Shown: positions 1 through 10,318 of the stretch, piece after piece
Layout: every line of letters begins with the position of its first letter
Position numbering within the stretch: position 1 is the first letter of the stretch
NCBI GenBank assembly: GCA_902622665.1
Contig: CACNQV010000003.1
Location: forward strand, 21,678 to 85,677
Length of the DNA: 64,000 bases
Origin: an uncultured Candidatus Actinomarina sp.
GTDB lineage: Bacteria; Actinomycetota; Acidimicrobiia; Actinomarinales; Actinomarinaceae
Direction of reading: 5' to 3'
Translations under genes and position numbers: made by a program
Notes under the pieces: generated by a model
Told to the model about the DNA's origin: nothing
The model's input: only the letters and a program-made list of their open reading frames with translations
Databases searched by the model: none

Positions 1-994
1 ATACTTCTTTTGGTTTGATGAAGTTTTTTTTGGCTACGGAATTGTTCAAGACTAATGCAGTTCTCATTTCTTCTAACATGTCATAGTCATCGTTACCTCC
101 TGAACAATCTGTTCCTATTCCCCAATCAACATTTAATTCCGACAAAAAATTTGTATTCATTGGTTTTCCAGCTATTCCGTGAGTTGTTGGACAAAAAACT
201 GGAAAAGCTTTCGACTCTGCGAGTAGCTCTAAATCTCCATCTTCTATAACATTGCAATGAGCAGCTATTACTTTTTCATTTAATATTCCAAGGTTATATG
301 CATGTTTTATTGGGGAAGTTTCAAAATTAGATTTAATATATTCCATTTCTTTTTGAGTTTGAGCTAGGTGAATATGTGTTATTAAATTATTTTCTAATGC
401 GTAATCACTCAACTCTTTAAGAACTTTTGGGCTAACTGTTGAAGTTTCATGCGGTGCAACAATTGGGTGAACTGTTTTAGAATTTTTCCAATTATTATTA
501 AATGACTTTGCTAGGCTGATTTGTTCACCACCTGTCCATGGGCCATATTCAGTCATAATTGTGTGCCCAATAAAACCCCTTATGCCAATCCTTTCACATG
601 CTTTTGCAACAGAATCAGCAAAAAAGTAATGATCATTAATAGAAGTTGTACCAGAAGATATTGCATCCATCATTCCTAACAAGGAGAGTTTATAAACCAA
701 ATCATCGTCTAAGGCAGGCTCAATACCCCACATCACATCGTATAGTGCACTTGCACTTCCATAACCTAAGCCTTTGACAGAATTCAGCGCTACATGCGAA
801 TGCGCATTAGTAAACCCGGGACTGATAATAACTTCTCCGAGTTCATTAAAATTCTCTGGTTTTTCTTCAGGTAATGATTCAATATGTACAATATCTTGAA
901 TTAAATCTCCTTTAACAATCAGAACTGAGTCTTTATGTAAATGTGTTGAATCTTCTAAAATATATTTAGCCGAAAAGTATTGAAGGCTACTCAA
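1..994 (-). CDS. Amidohydrolase-superfamily nucleobase/nucleoside deaminase (MtaD/SsnA/guanine- or cytosine-deaminase-like); the 3' end runs off the window
   Basis: Absent from the ORF track because no stop lies inside the window. My manual minus-strand translation is open from about 994 to 1: SSLQYFSAKYILEDSTHLHKDSVLIVKGDLIQDI..EVIISPGFTNAHSHVALN..HIHLAQTQKEMEY..AAHCN..WGIGTDCSGGNDDYDMLEEMR. It has the HxH metal motif and later His/Asp motifs of this family. The likely start is TTG at 994-992, overlapping the stop of the upstream permease, but the start is uncertain. Confidence 0.7.
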   Translation of the reverse strand, partial: MSSLQYFSAKYILEDSTHLHKDSVLIVKGDLIQDIVHIESLPEEKPENFNELGEVIISPGFTNAHSHVALNSVKGLGYGSASALYDVMWGIEPALDDDLVYKLSLLGMMDAISSGTTSINDHYFFADSVAKACERIGIRGFIGHTIMTEYGPWTGGEQISLAKSFNNNWKNSKTVHPIVAPHETSTVSPKVLKELSDYALENNLITHIHLAQTQKEMEYIKSNFETSPIKHAYNLGILNEKVIAAHCNVIEDGDLELLAESKAFPVFCPTTHGIAGKPMNTNFLSELNVDWGIGTDCSGGNDDYDMLEEMRTALVLNNSVAKKNFIKPKEV

Positions 995-1922
995 TTGAAC
1001 TTTCGGTAATAGGAACGGGTCTGACTCTTAGTCTCTGTCTGATACCAATAAGTATCAAAACAACAACAGTCAAAGCATAAGGAATCATAAGAATTAATCT
1101 AGAATCGAGTTCATAAACACCCTGAAGTCTTATTCCGATAGCATCACCCAAACCAAAAAATAAACTTGCTCCGAACGTTCCAAAAGGTGTATTGTTTCCA
1201 AATGATGAAGCAACGAGGCCTATATATCCTTTACCAGCTGACATTCCTTCAGTAAACATTGTTAAATTTTCTAAAGATAGAAAAATACCAGAGATGCCTG
1301 CTAATAATCCTGAAAATACAGTGACCATCCATTTAATTCTTACAGTATTTATTCCAGCATCTTCTGCTGCCTCAGGATTTTCCCCTGTTGCTCTAATTGC
1401 TGTTCCAAGTCTTGTTCTGTAGTAAACAGTATGAAGCAAAATTGCCAACACAAACATCAAATAAACTGAATATGTAAAGTCAGACAAGAATGGCTCTAAG
1501 AATGTCCCACGCAAAAACGAAACACTTATTGGTTCAAAACCAACAATTCTTGGATCAGAGAAAAATCCAGCTTGTCCAAAAATTGTCCGCATTAAATACG
1601 TTGTACCAGCTAATGCAAATATGTTAATAGCTAAACCTGCCAGGACCTCATCCGCTCCCAAAGTAAAAGATAGTAAGCCAAACAAAGCAGCAGTTAGTAA
1701 GCCAGCAATTATTCCAGCAGTAAAACCCGCCCAAACGCTCTCAAATGTATAGCTAGCATACACTCCTGCAAATGCAGCATTTAGCATTTTGCCTTCAAGT
1801 CCAATATTTAACACACCAGCAGCGGAACACATCGCAGCAGCCATACCAACAATGGCTATAGGAGCTGTTGATCTTAGAAGACTTCTAAAGATTGATAAGT
1901 CAAATATTTCAATCCATTCCAT
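987..1922 (-). CDS. ABC transporter permease (BMP/nucleoside-type, ribose/branched-chain permease fold)
   Basis: 311 aa, polytopic and hydrophobic. It sits in an operon with a second permease, a double-NBD ATPase and a BMP lipoprotein, and overlaps its neighbour by 1 nt. Confidence 0.85.
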   Translation of the reverse strand: MEWIEIFDLSIFRSLLRSTAPIAIVGMAAAMCSAAGVLNIGLEGKMLNAAFAGVYASYTFESVWAGFTAGIIAGLLTAALFGLLSFTLGADEVLAGLAINIFALAGTTYLMRTIFGQAGFFSDPRIVGFEPISVSFLRGTFLEPFLSDFTYSVYLMFVLAILLHTVYYRTRLGTAIRATGENPEAAEDAGINTVRIKWMVTVFSGLLAGISGIFLSLENLTMFTEGMSAGKGYIGLVASSFGNNTPFGTFGASLFFGLGDAIGIRLQGVYELDSRLILMIPYALTVVVLILIGIRQRLRVRPVPITESSIE

Positions 1923-3004
1923 TACATCTTCTTCCTTGAAAAGAAATTATCCAATTTTTTAATAAGCGGATATTTTTCTAATCCCTTTACCATTTTTTGT
2001 GCGCTTACAAAGAAAATTAATATTGAAATTAAAACTATTATTATTTCTCTTGAAACATCGGTCTTATAATCAACGTAAAATCCACCATTTTTAATTGCAC
2101 CATAAAATAACGAAGCAATTACAGAACCTATTGGTTCCAGTTTTCCAAGTATGCCAATTAATATTCCATCAAATCCTTGATTAAACTCAAGTTCTTGAAA
2201 AAAGTATCTTACAGCACCCAAAACTTCTATTGCTCCAGCTAAACCTCCTAATGCACCAGAAATCAACATTCCAATTATTGCAGATCTATCTGATGGAATA
2301 CCAAGATATGAACTAAATCTAGATGGATACATTCCAACTAAACCATCTCCACCAGAGCGTAACTCATATCCAAACGTTGTTTTGTTAAGTACAAAATGAG
2401 CAAGAATTGCAACAAAAACTGCAATAAAAAATCCTGTATTGAATTGAGAATTAGGAAATATTTGTTTGAGTTCAGCTGTTTCTAAAATTCTAGGTGTTGC
2501 AGGAGCTATTGGATCTGCTCTAAAAGGACCGTTAGCCATATATGAAACAAATAAAACAGCAACGAAGTTTAAGATTATTGTAGAAATAATTTCACTAACT
2601 CCAGCGTAGACTCTCAACAAAGCTGGCAAGAGCATCCAAGCTGCACCGACTAGCATTCCAATTAATATACAAACTGTTACATGTGTAAAGTGTCCAAGCG
2701 TAGTAAATTTATATCCTGCCCAACCTGCATAAAGTGCTCCCACATACATAGAGCCATTAATGCCAATATTAAACATTCCAACTCTAAAAGAAATTAATGT
2801 TGCAACTGCCGTCAAAATTAATGGAGTTGCCTGATATAGCGAGTTTGCTATATTTCTTGTACCCTTAAAGCCACCTTCATATAAATATAAAGCAACTTCA
2901 GAGGGGTTGTTACCTGTTGCAGATATTAATACCCATGCAATAAAAGCAGTTATTAGTAATCCAGCAAAAGTAACTAATACATCTTTAAATGAAAATTTTT
3001 CCAT
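1922..3004 (-). CDS. ABC transporter permease (BMP/nucleoside-type)
   Basis: 360 aa polytopic membrane protein, end-to-end with the ATPase and the second permease. Confidence 0.85.
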   Translation of the reverse strand: MEKFSFKDVLVTFAGLLITAFIAWVLISATGNNPSEVALYLYEGGFKGTRNIANSLYQATPLILTAVATLISFRVGMFNIGINGSMYVGALYAGWAGYKFTTLGHFTHVTVCILIGMLVGAAWMLLPALLRVYAGVSEIISTIILNFVAVLFVSYMANGPFRADPIAPATPRILETAELKQIFPNSQFNTGFFIAVFVAILAHFVLNKTTFGYELRSGGDGLVGMYPSRFSSYLGIPSDRSAIIGMLISGALGGLAGAIEVLGAVRYFFQELEFNQGFDGILIGILGKLEPIGSVIASLFYGAIKNGGFYVDYKTDVSREIIIVLISILIFFVSAQKMVKGLEKYPLIKKLDNFFSRKKM

Positions 3005-4521
3005 TAATCTTTGATCCCCGCCATATAAAGTCCCATCTGTGACTGATCAACTTCTTTAGGGTTTACCCATTTAACTATTTGCCCCTCATACATTACACCG
3101 ACTCTATCAGCAACCGCCATTACTTCGTCTAATTCAGCTGACACCAAAAGCACTGCACCACCGTCGTCTCTCATTTGTACAAGTTGTTCATGTATCGCCT
3201 CAATATTTCCTATATCAACTCCCCTTGTAGGCTGGGAGGCAATAGTTAATATTGGATCTTCAGACAATTCTCGAGCAACAACAACTTTTTGTTGATTTCC
3301 TCCTGAAAGAGACTTTACCTTTAAGGAAATATTTGGTGCTCTGATATCAAAATCTTCTTTTAGCTTGTTAGAGTGCGTAGCAATTTTCTTGAGATTAAAA
3401 ATACCATTTGTTGATAATGGTTTTCTAAAATAGGAATTACCTATTAAGTTTTCCCATATACTTAATTGTGTATTTAACCCAGTGTTTGTTCTGTCTTCAG
3501 GTATGTGAGCAATTTTTTTCCTTCGAATATTTTTTGGACTGCTTGAAGCAATATTCTCACCTAGGTAATTTATACTACCTTGACTAGTTTTTCTTAATCC
3601 AGTCAAAGCTTCAACTAATTCTGATTGACCATTTCCTTCTACTCCAGCTATTCCTACTATCTCACCTTTTCGAATGTTTAAACTTACTCCTTTTACTGCT
3701 AATAACCCTCTGGCATCATGAACCCACAAGTCTTCTACATTTAAAATTTCTTCTTCGGGTTTTGCATCATCTTTTTTTACTTGTAAAAAAACTTCTCTTC
3801 CAACCATCTGAGAAGCCAATTCGGCAATTGAAGTATTTTTAGTTTCAGAAACTCCTTGTACTTCTCCTGCTCTCATTACAGTAACCCGGTCTGCTATCTC
3901 CATTACTTCTCTCAGTTTGTGAGTAATAAAAACTACAGTTTTTCCTTCATCAACTAAAGTTCTTATAACTGTAAATAGCTCATCAGTTTCTTGAGGTGTC
4001 AATACCGCAGTAGGTTCATCTAAAATTAAAATATTCGCATTTCTGTAAAGAGTTTTTAATATTTCTGTTCGCTGTTGAACTCCAACAGAAGCGTCTATCA
4101 TTTTCAAACTAGGATCAACTTTAAATCCATATTTTTCAGCAATATTTACGACTAATTTGTTTAGTCCCTTCCAATCGATAATTCCTTGACTATTTCTTGG
4201 CTCTTGACCTAATCCAATGTTCTCAGGAGCAGTAAAACTTGGTACAAGGGTAAATTCTTGATGAACCATGCCAATTCCAAGATTTATAGCAGTTTCAACT
4301 TTGTTAATTTGTTCTAATTTGCCATTAATTAATATCTCACCCTCATCAGGCTGTTCTATACCATAAAGTATTTTCATGAGAGTTGATTTACCTGCACCAT
4401 TTTCACCAACTAAGGCATGAATTTCACCTTTAAAAACTTGGAAATCGACATTTTTATTAGCAACTACTCCTGGATACTCTTTTGTGATATTTTTTAAATG
4501 TATTGCTATGTCTTTATTCAT
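3004..4521 (-). CDS. ABC transporter ATP-binding protein with two fused nucleotide-binding domains (nucleoside/sugar type)
   Basis: 505 aa. Walker A GENGAGKST, Walker B ILILDEPT, and a second-domain signature LSGGNQQKV. Confidence 0.9.
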   Translation of the reverse strand: MNKDIAIHLKNITKEYPGVVANKNVDFQVFKGEIHALVGENGAGKSTLMKILYGIEQPDEGEILINGKLEQINKVETAINLGIGMVHQEFTLVPSFTAPENIGLGQEPRNSQGIIDWKGLNKLVVNIAEKYGFKVDPSLKMIDASVGVQQRTEILKTLYRNANILILDEPTAVLTPQETDELFTVIRTLVDEGKTVVFITHKLREVMEIADRVTVMRAGEVQGVSETKNTSIAELASQMVGREVFLQVKKDDAKPEEEILNVEDLWVHDARGLLAVKGVSLNIRKGEIVGIAGVEGNGQSELVEALTGLRKTSQGSINYLGENIASSSPKNIRRKKIAHIPEDRTNTGLNTQLSIWENLIGNSYFRKPLSTNGIFNLKKIATHSNKLKEDFDIRAPNISLKVKSLSGGNQQKVVVARELSEDPILTIASQPTRGVDIGNIEAIHEQLVQMRDDGGAVLLVSAELDEVMAVADRVGVMYEGQIVKWVNPKEVDQSQMGLYMAGIKD

Positions 4522-4556
4522 TTTGAAAAAAATTTTATTTTATATCATATTAATAA

Positions 4557-4582
4557 TTTAGCCCGACCTAGGTCGGGCTAAA
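4557..4582 (-). terminator. GC-rich perfect inverted repeat between the binding-protein gene and the ATPase gene; candidate partial terminator or mRNA-stabilising hairpin
   Basis: tttagcccgac-ctag-gtcgggctaaa gives an 11-bp stem with a 4-nt loop. It is the only GC-rich element in a 89-nt AT-rich spacer. There is no clean U-tract on the minus strand. Confidence 0.5.
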
Positions 4583-4610
4583 TTAAATTTTTGTCTAGTG
4601 AGTTTGGCTA

Positions 4611-5732
4611 TTAACCACCAGCTGTTACGTCTGTAACAACGATTTCACCAGAAATAATTTTAGCTCTTACATCAGCTACTTCATCGATTAAGGCTGCGAC
4701 TTGAGATGCCATGTCAGCAGGTCCTTCATCAGCAAAGAGTGTTGAGCCATCAACTAACCATGTTGGTCCTACACCATTTTCTGCAGATCCATATGAATTA
4801 ATTGTGCTTAATACCGCTCCAGCTGCGATTCTATCAGCGATAGCTGTGTAAACTGCAAAGTCTACATTCTTCATCATTGATGTAATCATTGTTCCAGGTT
4901 GCACATAGTCTTGATTTGAATCAACACCAATTGCAAAGTTTCCTGTTTCAGCTGCAGCTTCATAAGCTCCATTACCTGTAGATCCACCAGCTGCGAATAT
5001 AATATCTGCACCAGCTTCAAAACAAGCTAAACCAATTTCTTTACCTTTAGCAGGATCTCCCCAACTACCAGCATATCCATCACAGAACTCTATGTCAGGA
5101 TTAGCGTATCTAGCGCCCTCTTCCCAACCTGTTTGGAATTTTCTAATAATTGGAACGTCCATACCACCCATAAATGCAACTTTGCCAGTTTTTGAAAGTT
5201 TTCCAGCAATGTAACCAACTTCAAATGAACCTTCATGTTCTTTAAAGATTAAGTTTTGGACATTTGGAAGTAGATCTCCATTGTCTGCTGTTACAACCAT
5301 ATCAACAATTGCAAATTGTACACCCGGGTTAGCAAGTGCAGCTTCTTTTGTGATTTCAGCTTCTGAGAAACCGATTGTAATAATCATTTCTTTCCCATCA
5401 GCTAAAAAGTTTTGGATAGCTGCTGCTCTTTCACTAGGCTCAGTCTCAACATAGTCTCCATCAATGCCAAGTTCAGCTACAGCTTTATCGTAGCCTCTTT
5501 TAGCGGAGTCCATGAAGGAAAGGTCGCCTAATGGTCCGAGAACTATACCCACTTTTAACGCTTCTGCTTCTGGCTCTTCTGCAGGTGCTGCAGTAGTAGC
5601 TGGAGCATCAAGAGACTCCTCTGCTGCTGGTTCTGCAACCTCTTCAGTAGTTGATTCTGAACTTCCGCCACAAGCGGACAAAATCAACATTAATGACAGA
5701 AGTACAAAAACGGATTTCTTTTTAGTGATCAT
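4611..5732 (-). CDS. BMP-family (basic membrane protein) lipoprotein; substrate-binding component of the nucleoside ABC transporter
   Basis: 373 aa. Signal peptide with lipobox LILSAC-GG, an Ala/Pro/Glu-rich linker, then a periplasmic-binding-protein-like body typical of PnrA/Bmp proteins. Confidence 0.85.
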   Translation of the reverse strand: MITKKKSVFVLLSLMLILSACGGSSESTTEEVAEPAAEESLDAPATTAAPAEEPEAEALKVGIVLGPLGDLSFMDSAKRGYDKAVAELGIDGDYVETEPSERAAAIQNFLADGKEMIITIGFSEAEITKEAALANPGVQFAIVDMVVTADNGDLLPNVQNLIFKEHEGSFEVGYIAGKLSKTGKVAFMGGMDVPIIRKFQTGWEEGARYANPDIEFCDGYAGSWGDPAKGKEIGLACFEAGADIIFAAGGSTGNGAYEAAAETGNFAIGVDSNQDYVQPGTMITSMMKNVDFAVYTAIADRIAAGAVLSTINSYGSAENGVGPTWLVDGSTLFADEGPADMASQVAALIDEVADVRAKIISGEIVVTDVTAGG

Positions 5733-5823
5733 TAATTTACTCCTTCATTATTTAAATAATGATTGTTTAAATTATATCTGAATTTGAAAAAAGTGTCGTT
5801 TGTATGAAGGTAAAAATTTTATT

Positions 5824-6756
5824 TTATGGGAGAAGTTTTGAGGTATTTGTTATTATGGTAAATAATTTTTCATCATCTACTTTGTTCATCCAGTGAACAT
5901 TTTTATTCCTTCCAGAAATATGATTTATGTCAACCACAGTTTGTCCAACCGTCAACTCAGAATCAACTTCTACTTCAACATTTGTAATATCTCCAGTAGT
6001 TAAAGAATTGTCAACTAAATAAGCTGTAACAAATGCATCATGCACTGGAGTGCCATCTGGAAACTTTTGTTTAACTATTTCTAAATCTGCTAATGAACCC
6101 ATCAAACCTATTAGATATTTTCCAGTAACCGTACCTGTTTCATGTATTGCATTTAATCTTTCTTTTGTAGAGATTGCTTGATGTGTTACGTCTAATCCCA
6201 TCATGACAAGCTTTGCACCTGAATTCAAAACAATTTTTGCAGCTTCAGGATCGACCAAAATATTAAACTCAGCAACCGGAGTATGGTTTCCAAATCCTGC
6301 TCCACCACCCATAAAAATTATTTGCTCAATATTTTCTGCTAGCTCAGGGTTGGAACCTAAAACTTTTCCAATATTTGTCATAGGACCTAAAACACAAATA
6401 GTTATTTTTTCATCACTATTTTGTAATAATTCTGTGATGAAATCAACTGCACCGATAGATTCCTCACTTTTTGAAGGCTCAGGAAACCCTACTCCATTAA
6501 GTCCATCTGTGCCGTGAACCCATTCTGCAGTAAGTAAATCTCTATTTAAAGGCTCTGCCTCTCCTTTGTAAACCGGAATATTATTTCTGTTAACATGTTC
6601 TAAAATTCTTAGAGCATTTCTTGTTCCAACATCAACTCCAACATTTCCAGCAACTGTAGTTATTGCAAGGAGCTCTTCGTCCTTAAAGTGTGCTAAAGCA
6701 ATTAGAATTGCTACAGCATCATCAGTACCAGGATCAGTATCAATAATGAATTTCAT
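5824..6756 (-). CDS. Nucleoside hydrolase (inosine/uridine-preferring family)
   Basis: 310 aa. N-terminal fingerprint IIDTDPGTDDAVAI (DxDxxxDD). Confidence 0.9.
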   Translation of the reverse strand: MKFIIDTDPGTDDAVAILIALAHFKDEELLAITTVAGNVGVDVGTRNALRILEHVNRNNIPVYKGEAEPLNRDLLTAEWVHGTDGLNGVGFPEPSKSEESIGAVDFITELLQNSDEKITICVLGPMTNIGKVLGSNPELAENIEQIIFMGGGAGFGNHTPVAEFNILVDPEAAKIVLNSGAKLVMMGLDVTHQAISTKERLNAIHETGTVTGKYLIGLMGSLADLEIVKQKFPDGTPVHDAFVTAYLVDNSLTTGDITNVEVEVDSELTVGQTVVDINHISGRNKNVHWMNKVDDEKLFTIITNTSKLLP

Positions 6757-6774
6757 TTAATTAGTGTAGTGTTT

Positions 6775-9255
6775 TTATGATTCAGAATCTACAAAGTCGA
6801 CAGGTGGTTCATCAGGAGCTTCCACTGATTCAAACTCTAAAGTATTGTCATCTTTGTTTAAGGAAATAATAATTGTTGAACCTGCTTTGTATTTACCTTG
6901 TAAAAGTTCCTCAGAAAGAGGGTCTTCAAGCAACCTTTGTATAGACCTTCTTAAAGGTCTTGCACCAAATTCTCTATCATATCCTTCTGTAGCTAAAAAT
7001 TCTTTTGCTTCATCAGAGAGTACAATTTCTATATCAGAATTTTTAAGTTGAGTGTGGACTCTATCAAGCATTAAATCAACTATTTCTTTGACTTCATCAA
7101 TTGTTAGTTCATGGAATACAATTGTCTCATCAATTCTATTTAAAAACTCTGGTCTAAAATATCTTTTTAACTCTTCACTAACTTTTGATTTCATCTTCTC
7201 GTAATTATCAATTTCACTCAAGCTACTAAATCCAACATTTTTAGCAATATCTTTTGTACCTAAATTAGAAGTCATGATTATTATTGTGTTTTTGAAATCG
7301 ACAGTTCTTCCTTGAGCATCTGTCAATCTTCCATCTTCTAAAATCTGAAGAAGTGTATTAAAAACGTCAGGGTGAGCTTTTTCTACTTCGTCAAGAAGCA
7401 CTATGCTAAATGGCTTTCTTCGTACAGCTTCTGTTAGTTGGCCTCCTTCATCATAACCTACATAACCAGGAGGTGAACCAATTAACCTGCTAACTGTATG
7501 TTTTTCCATATACTCGGACATGTCAATTTGTATTAATGAATCTTCATCGCCAAAAAGAAACTCAGCTAAAGCTTTTGCAGTCTCAGTTTTACCAACTCCA
7601 GAAGGACCCAAAAATATAAATGAGCCTGATGGTCTTTTAGGGTCTTTCAATCCTGACCTTGTTCTTCTGATAGCTTTTGAAACAGCAGCAATTGCTTCAT
7701 TTTGACCAATAATTCGTTTGTGTAACTCTATTTCCATTTCTAACAATCTGGCTGTTTCTTCTTGGGTAAGTCTATGAACTGGAATGCCTGTCCACTGAGC
7801 CAAGACTTCTGCGATTTCTTCTTCATCAATTACCATTTCGATTTCAGAAGCAGATGAAGAATCTATAGTGTTTACTTCATCAAGTAAAAGTTTTTCCTGG
7901 TCTCTTATTTGTGCAGCTTTTTCAAAAAGTTGTGATTGAACTGCGTCAATTTTTTGTTCTCTCAAATTCTTAAGCTTGTCAGCTATTACTTGCTTATCTT
8001 GATCAAGAGGCTTTTTGTAAACTCTCATTCGGCTACCGGCCTCGTCAATTAAATCGATAGCTTTATCAGGTAAAAATCTATCGGATATATATCTGTCTGC
8101 CATATTTACTGCAGAAACAATGGCTTGATCAGTAAACCTAACTCCGTGATGGACTTCATATCTATCTTTTAGTCCATCTAATATTTCAATTGCATCTGAA
8201 AGTTTTGGCTCATCTACTTGTACAGACTGGAATCTTCTCTCAAGTGCAGCATCTTTTTCAAAATGTTTTCTAAATTCCTCGAGAGTTGTTGCACCTATTG
8301 TTTGGAGTTCTCCCCTCGCTAACATAGGCTTTAAAATTGAGGCTGCATCAATTGCCCCTTCAGCAGCACCTGCACCAACAAGTGTATGTATTTCATCTAT
8401 AAAAAGGACAATATCTCCTCTTGTTTTAATTTCTTTTAAAACTTTCTTAAGACGCTCTTCAAAATCTCCTCTATATCTGGATCCAGCTACTAATGCTGAT
8501 AAGTCAAGTGTGTAAATTTGTTTTCCTTCGAGTGTAACTGGAACATCTCCAGAAATTATTTTTTGTGCTAAACCTTCAACAATTGCAGTTTTACCAACAC
8601 CTGGTTCTCCAATCAAAACTGGGTTGTTTTTTGTTCTTCTAGAAAGTATTTGCATCACTCTTTCAATTTCAGTTGTTCTGCCAATAACTGGATCGAGCTT
8701 TCCCTCTTTTGCCATTCTTGTAAGATTTCGTCCAAATTGATCTAATATTGCTGATCCAGTTCCTGAACCAGGTCTTTCTCTACCACCAGTAGATGCAGCT
8801 TGTTGCTTTTTACTCTCGCCTGCAGATGAAATTAATTTAATTACTGTTTGTCTAACTTGAGATAATTCAGCACCTAATTTTTTTAAAACTTGAGCAGCAA
8901 CACCTTCTCCTTCGCGAATTAAACCAAGAAGTATGTGCTCGGTGCCAATGTAATTATGACCAAGTTGCAACGCCTCTCTTAATGAAAGCTCTAAAACTTT
9001 TTTTGCTCTGGGAGTAAAAGGTATATGTCCACTAGGTGATTGTTGGCCTTCTCCAATTATTTCAACAACTTCTGATCTGACACTATCTATATTGATGTTT
9101 AATTCTTCTAAAGCCTTAGCAGCATGACCTTCACCTTCTTGGATTAAACCAAGAAGTATATGTTCGGTACCAATGTAATTATGATTGAGTCTTCTGGCTT
9201 CTTCTTGCGCTAAAACTACTACTCTTCTCGCTCTATCTGTAAATCTTTCAAACAT
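6775..9255 (-). CDS. clpC: ATP-dependent Clp protease ATP-binding subunit ClpC
   Basis: 826 aa. Duplicated Clp-N repeats ([14 protein letters not shown] twice), two AAA modules ([16 protein letters not shown]) and a middle UVR-like segment. Confidence 0.95.
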   Translation of the reverse strand: MFERFTDRARRVVVLAQEEARRLNHNYIGTEHILLGLIQEGEGHAAKALEELNINIDSVRSEVVEIIGEGQQSPSGHIPFTPRAKKVLELSLREALQLGHNYIGTEHILLGLIREGEGVAAQVLKKLGAELSQVRQTVIKLISSAGESKKQQAASTGGRERPGSGTGSAILDQFGRNLTRMAKEGKLDPVIGRTTEIERVMQILSRRTKNNPVLIGEPGVGKTAIVEGLAQKIISGDVPVTLEGKQIYTLDLSALVAGSRYRGDFEERLKKVLKEIKTRGDIVLFIDEIHTLVGAGAAEGAIDAASILKPMLARGELQTIGATTLEEFRKHFEKDAALERRFQSVQVDEPKLSDAIEILDGLKDRYEVHHGVRFTDQAIVSAVNMADRYISDRFLPDKAIDLIDEAGSRMRVYKKPLDQDKQVIADKLKNLREQKIDAVQSQLFEKAAQIRDQEKLLLDEVNTIDSSSASEIEMVIDEEEIAEVLAQWTGIPVHRLTQEETARLLEMEIELHKRIIGQNEAIAAVSKAIRRTRSGLKDPKRPSGSFIFLGPSGVGKTETAKALAEFLFGDEDSLIQIDMSEYMEKHTVSRLIGSPPGYVGYDEGGQLTEAVRRKPFSIVLLDEVEKAHPDVFNTLLQILEDGRLTDAQGRTVDFKNTIIIMTSNLGTKDIAKNVGFSSLSEIDNYEKMKSKVSEELKRYFRPEFLNRIDETIVFHELTIDEVKEIVDLMLDRVHTQLKNSDIEIVLSDEAKEFLATEGYDREFGARPLRRSIQRLLEDPLSEELLQGKYKAGSTIIISLNKDDNTLEFESVEAPDEPPVDFVDSES

Positions 9256-9334
9256 ACAGTTATATTACCAAGGGTCTGTTTATACACTTAAATGAAAATT
9301 ACAACTATTTATACATTTACTTTATTCTTTAGTT

Positions 9335-10318
9335 ATGGAAAGCAATGAAATCAAAAAAGTAATACCTTTTGATGATATTTGGGATAACTTAAATATATTG
9401 GAAAAAAGGCTTTTAGACATATCGAGCTCTTCAAACGATTACCTTACATCAATTTCTCAATACCTTATAAAAGCTGGCGGAAAAAGATTTCGCCCATTAG
9501 TCACTTCACTTGCAGGAAAGTTTGGAAATGAGAATGAAAATATTAGCAAAATTATTGATGCTGGTGTTTGTGTAGAGCTAATACATATTGGAAGTTTATA
9601 TCATGACGATGTCATGGACAATGCTACAACAAGAAGAGGAGTTGAAAGTTCTAACTCAAAATGGAACTCAACTCTTTCAATACTTGCTGGAGATTATTTG
9701 CTTGCAAGATCTTCCGAACTTGCTGCGGAAAGTTTGGGATTAGAATCTGTCAAACTGCTTGCTTCAACCTATGCAGAATTGGTTGAGGGTCAAACAAAAG
9801 AATTAAATTTAGCTTTTGACCTTGATCAAGAGATTGACGATTATTTAACGGTAATTGAGGGCAAGACTGCAAGTCTTATTAGAACAAGTGCAAGACTTGG
9901 TTCTCTTGCAAGTTCAGCAGATAGTGAGATTGTTGATGCTTTGAGTAATTGGGGTTGGAACTGTGGAGTAATTTTTCAAATATCTGATGATATATTAGAT
10001 TTGACCTCTGACTCAGAAACGTTAGGGAAACCGGCAGGTAATGACATTTTAGAAGGAACCTATACATTGCCGGTCTTAATTGGACTAAGTAAAGATAAAG
10101 GAAAGTACCAAGAAATCTTGACTGAAATAAAAGAAGAAAAAATCGATATTGAAAAAGTACTTCACGAATTTACCACAAATGAAATAATTGACGATTCAAA
10201 AGAAATTATCAACGGGTACTTTAATGAAAGTATGAAGGCAATATTTACCTTGAAAAATCATGAACTTTTTCCAGTTTTAGAAAATATTAACAATTATCTC
10301 ATTAATCGAACTAATTAA
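9335..10318 (+). CDS. trans-Polyprenyl diphosphate synthase
   Basis: 327 aa. First Asp-rich motif LYHDDVMD..RRG and second motif QISDDILD. Chain-length specificity cannot be read by eye. Confidence 0.85.
   Translation: MESNEIKKVIPFDDIWDNLNILEKRLLDISSSSNDYLTSISQYLIKAGGKRFRPLVTSLAGKFGNENENISKIIDAGVCVELIHIGSLYHDDVMDNATTRRGVESSNSKWNSTLSILAGDYLLARSSELAAESLGLESVKLLASTYAELVEGQTKELNLAFDLDQEIDDYLTVIEGKTASLIRTSARLGSLASSADSEIVDALSNWGWNCGVIFQISDDILDLTSDSETLGKPAGNDILEGTYTLPVLIGLSKDKGKYQEILTEIKEEKIDIEKVLHEFTTNEIIDDSKEIINGYFNESMKAIFTLKNHELFPVLENINNYLINRTN

Noticed and set aside
55-249. 64-aa plus-strand ORF at the window start
   Set aside because: It lies antisense within the open minus-strand amidohydrolase reading frame, which has clear family motifs.
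5733-5823. Sigma-70-like promoter (ACGACA-17-TATAAT) upstream of the BMP lipoprotein gene, and similar hexamers in other spacers
   Set aside because: It is plausible, but in DNA of about 33% GC, TATAAT-like hexamers occur frequently by chance. Without transcript data I do not report them as features.
9256-9334. Looked for ClgR-, HspR/HAIR-, CIRCE- or LexA-type operators near clpC, ftsH, the photolyase, the alkA-like gene and the exonuclease gene
   Set aside because: I found no convincing palindromes matching these consensus sites. The absence could reflect regulon loss, but it cannot be shown by eye.
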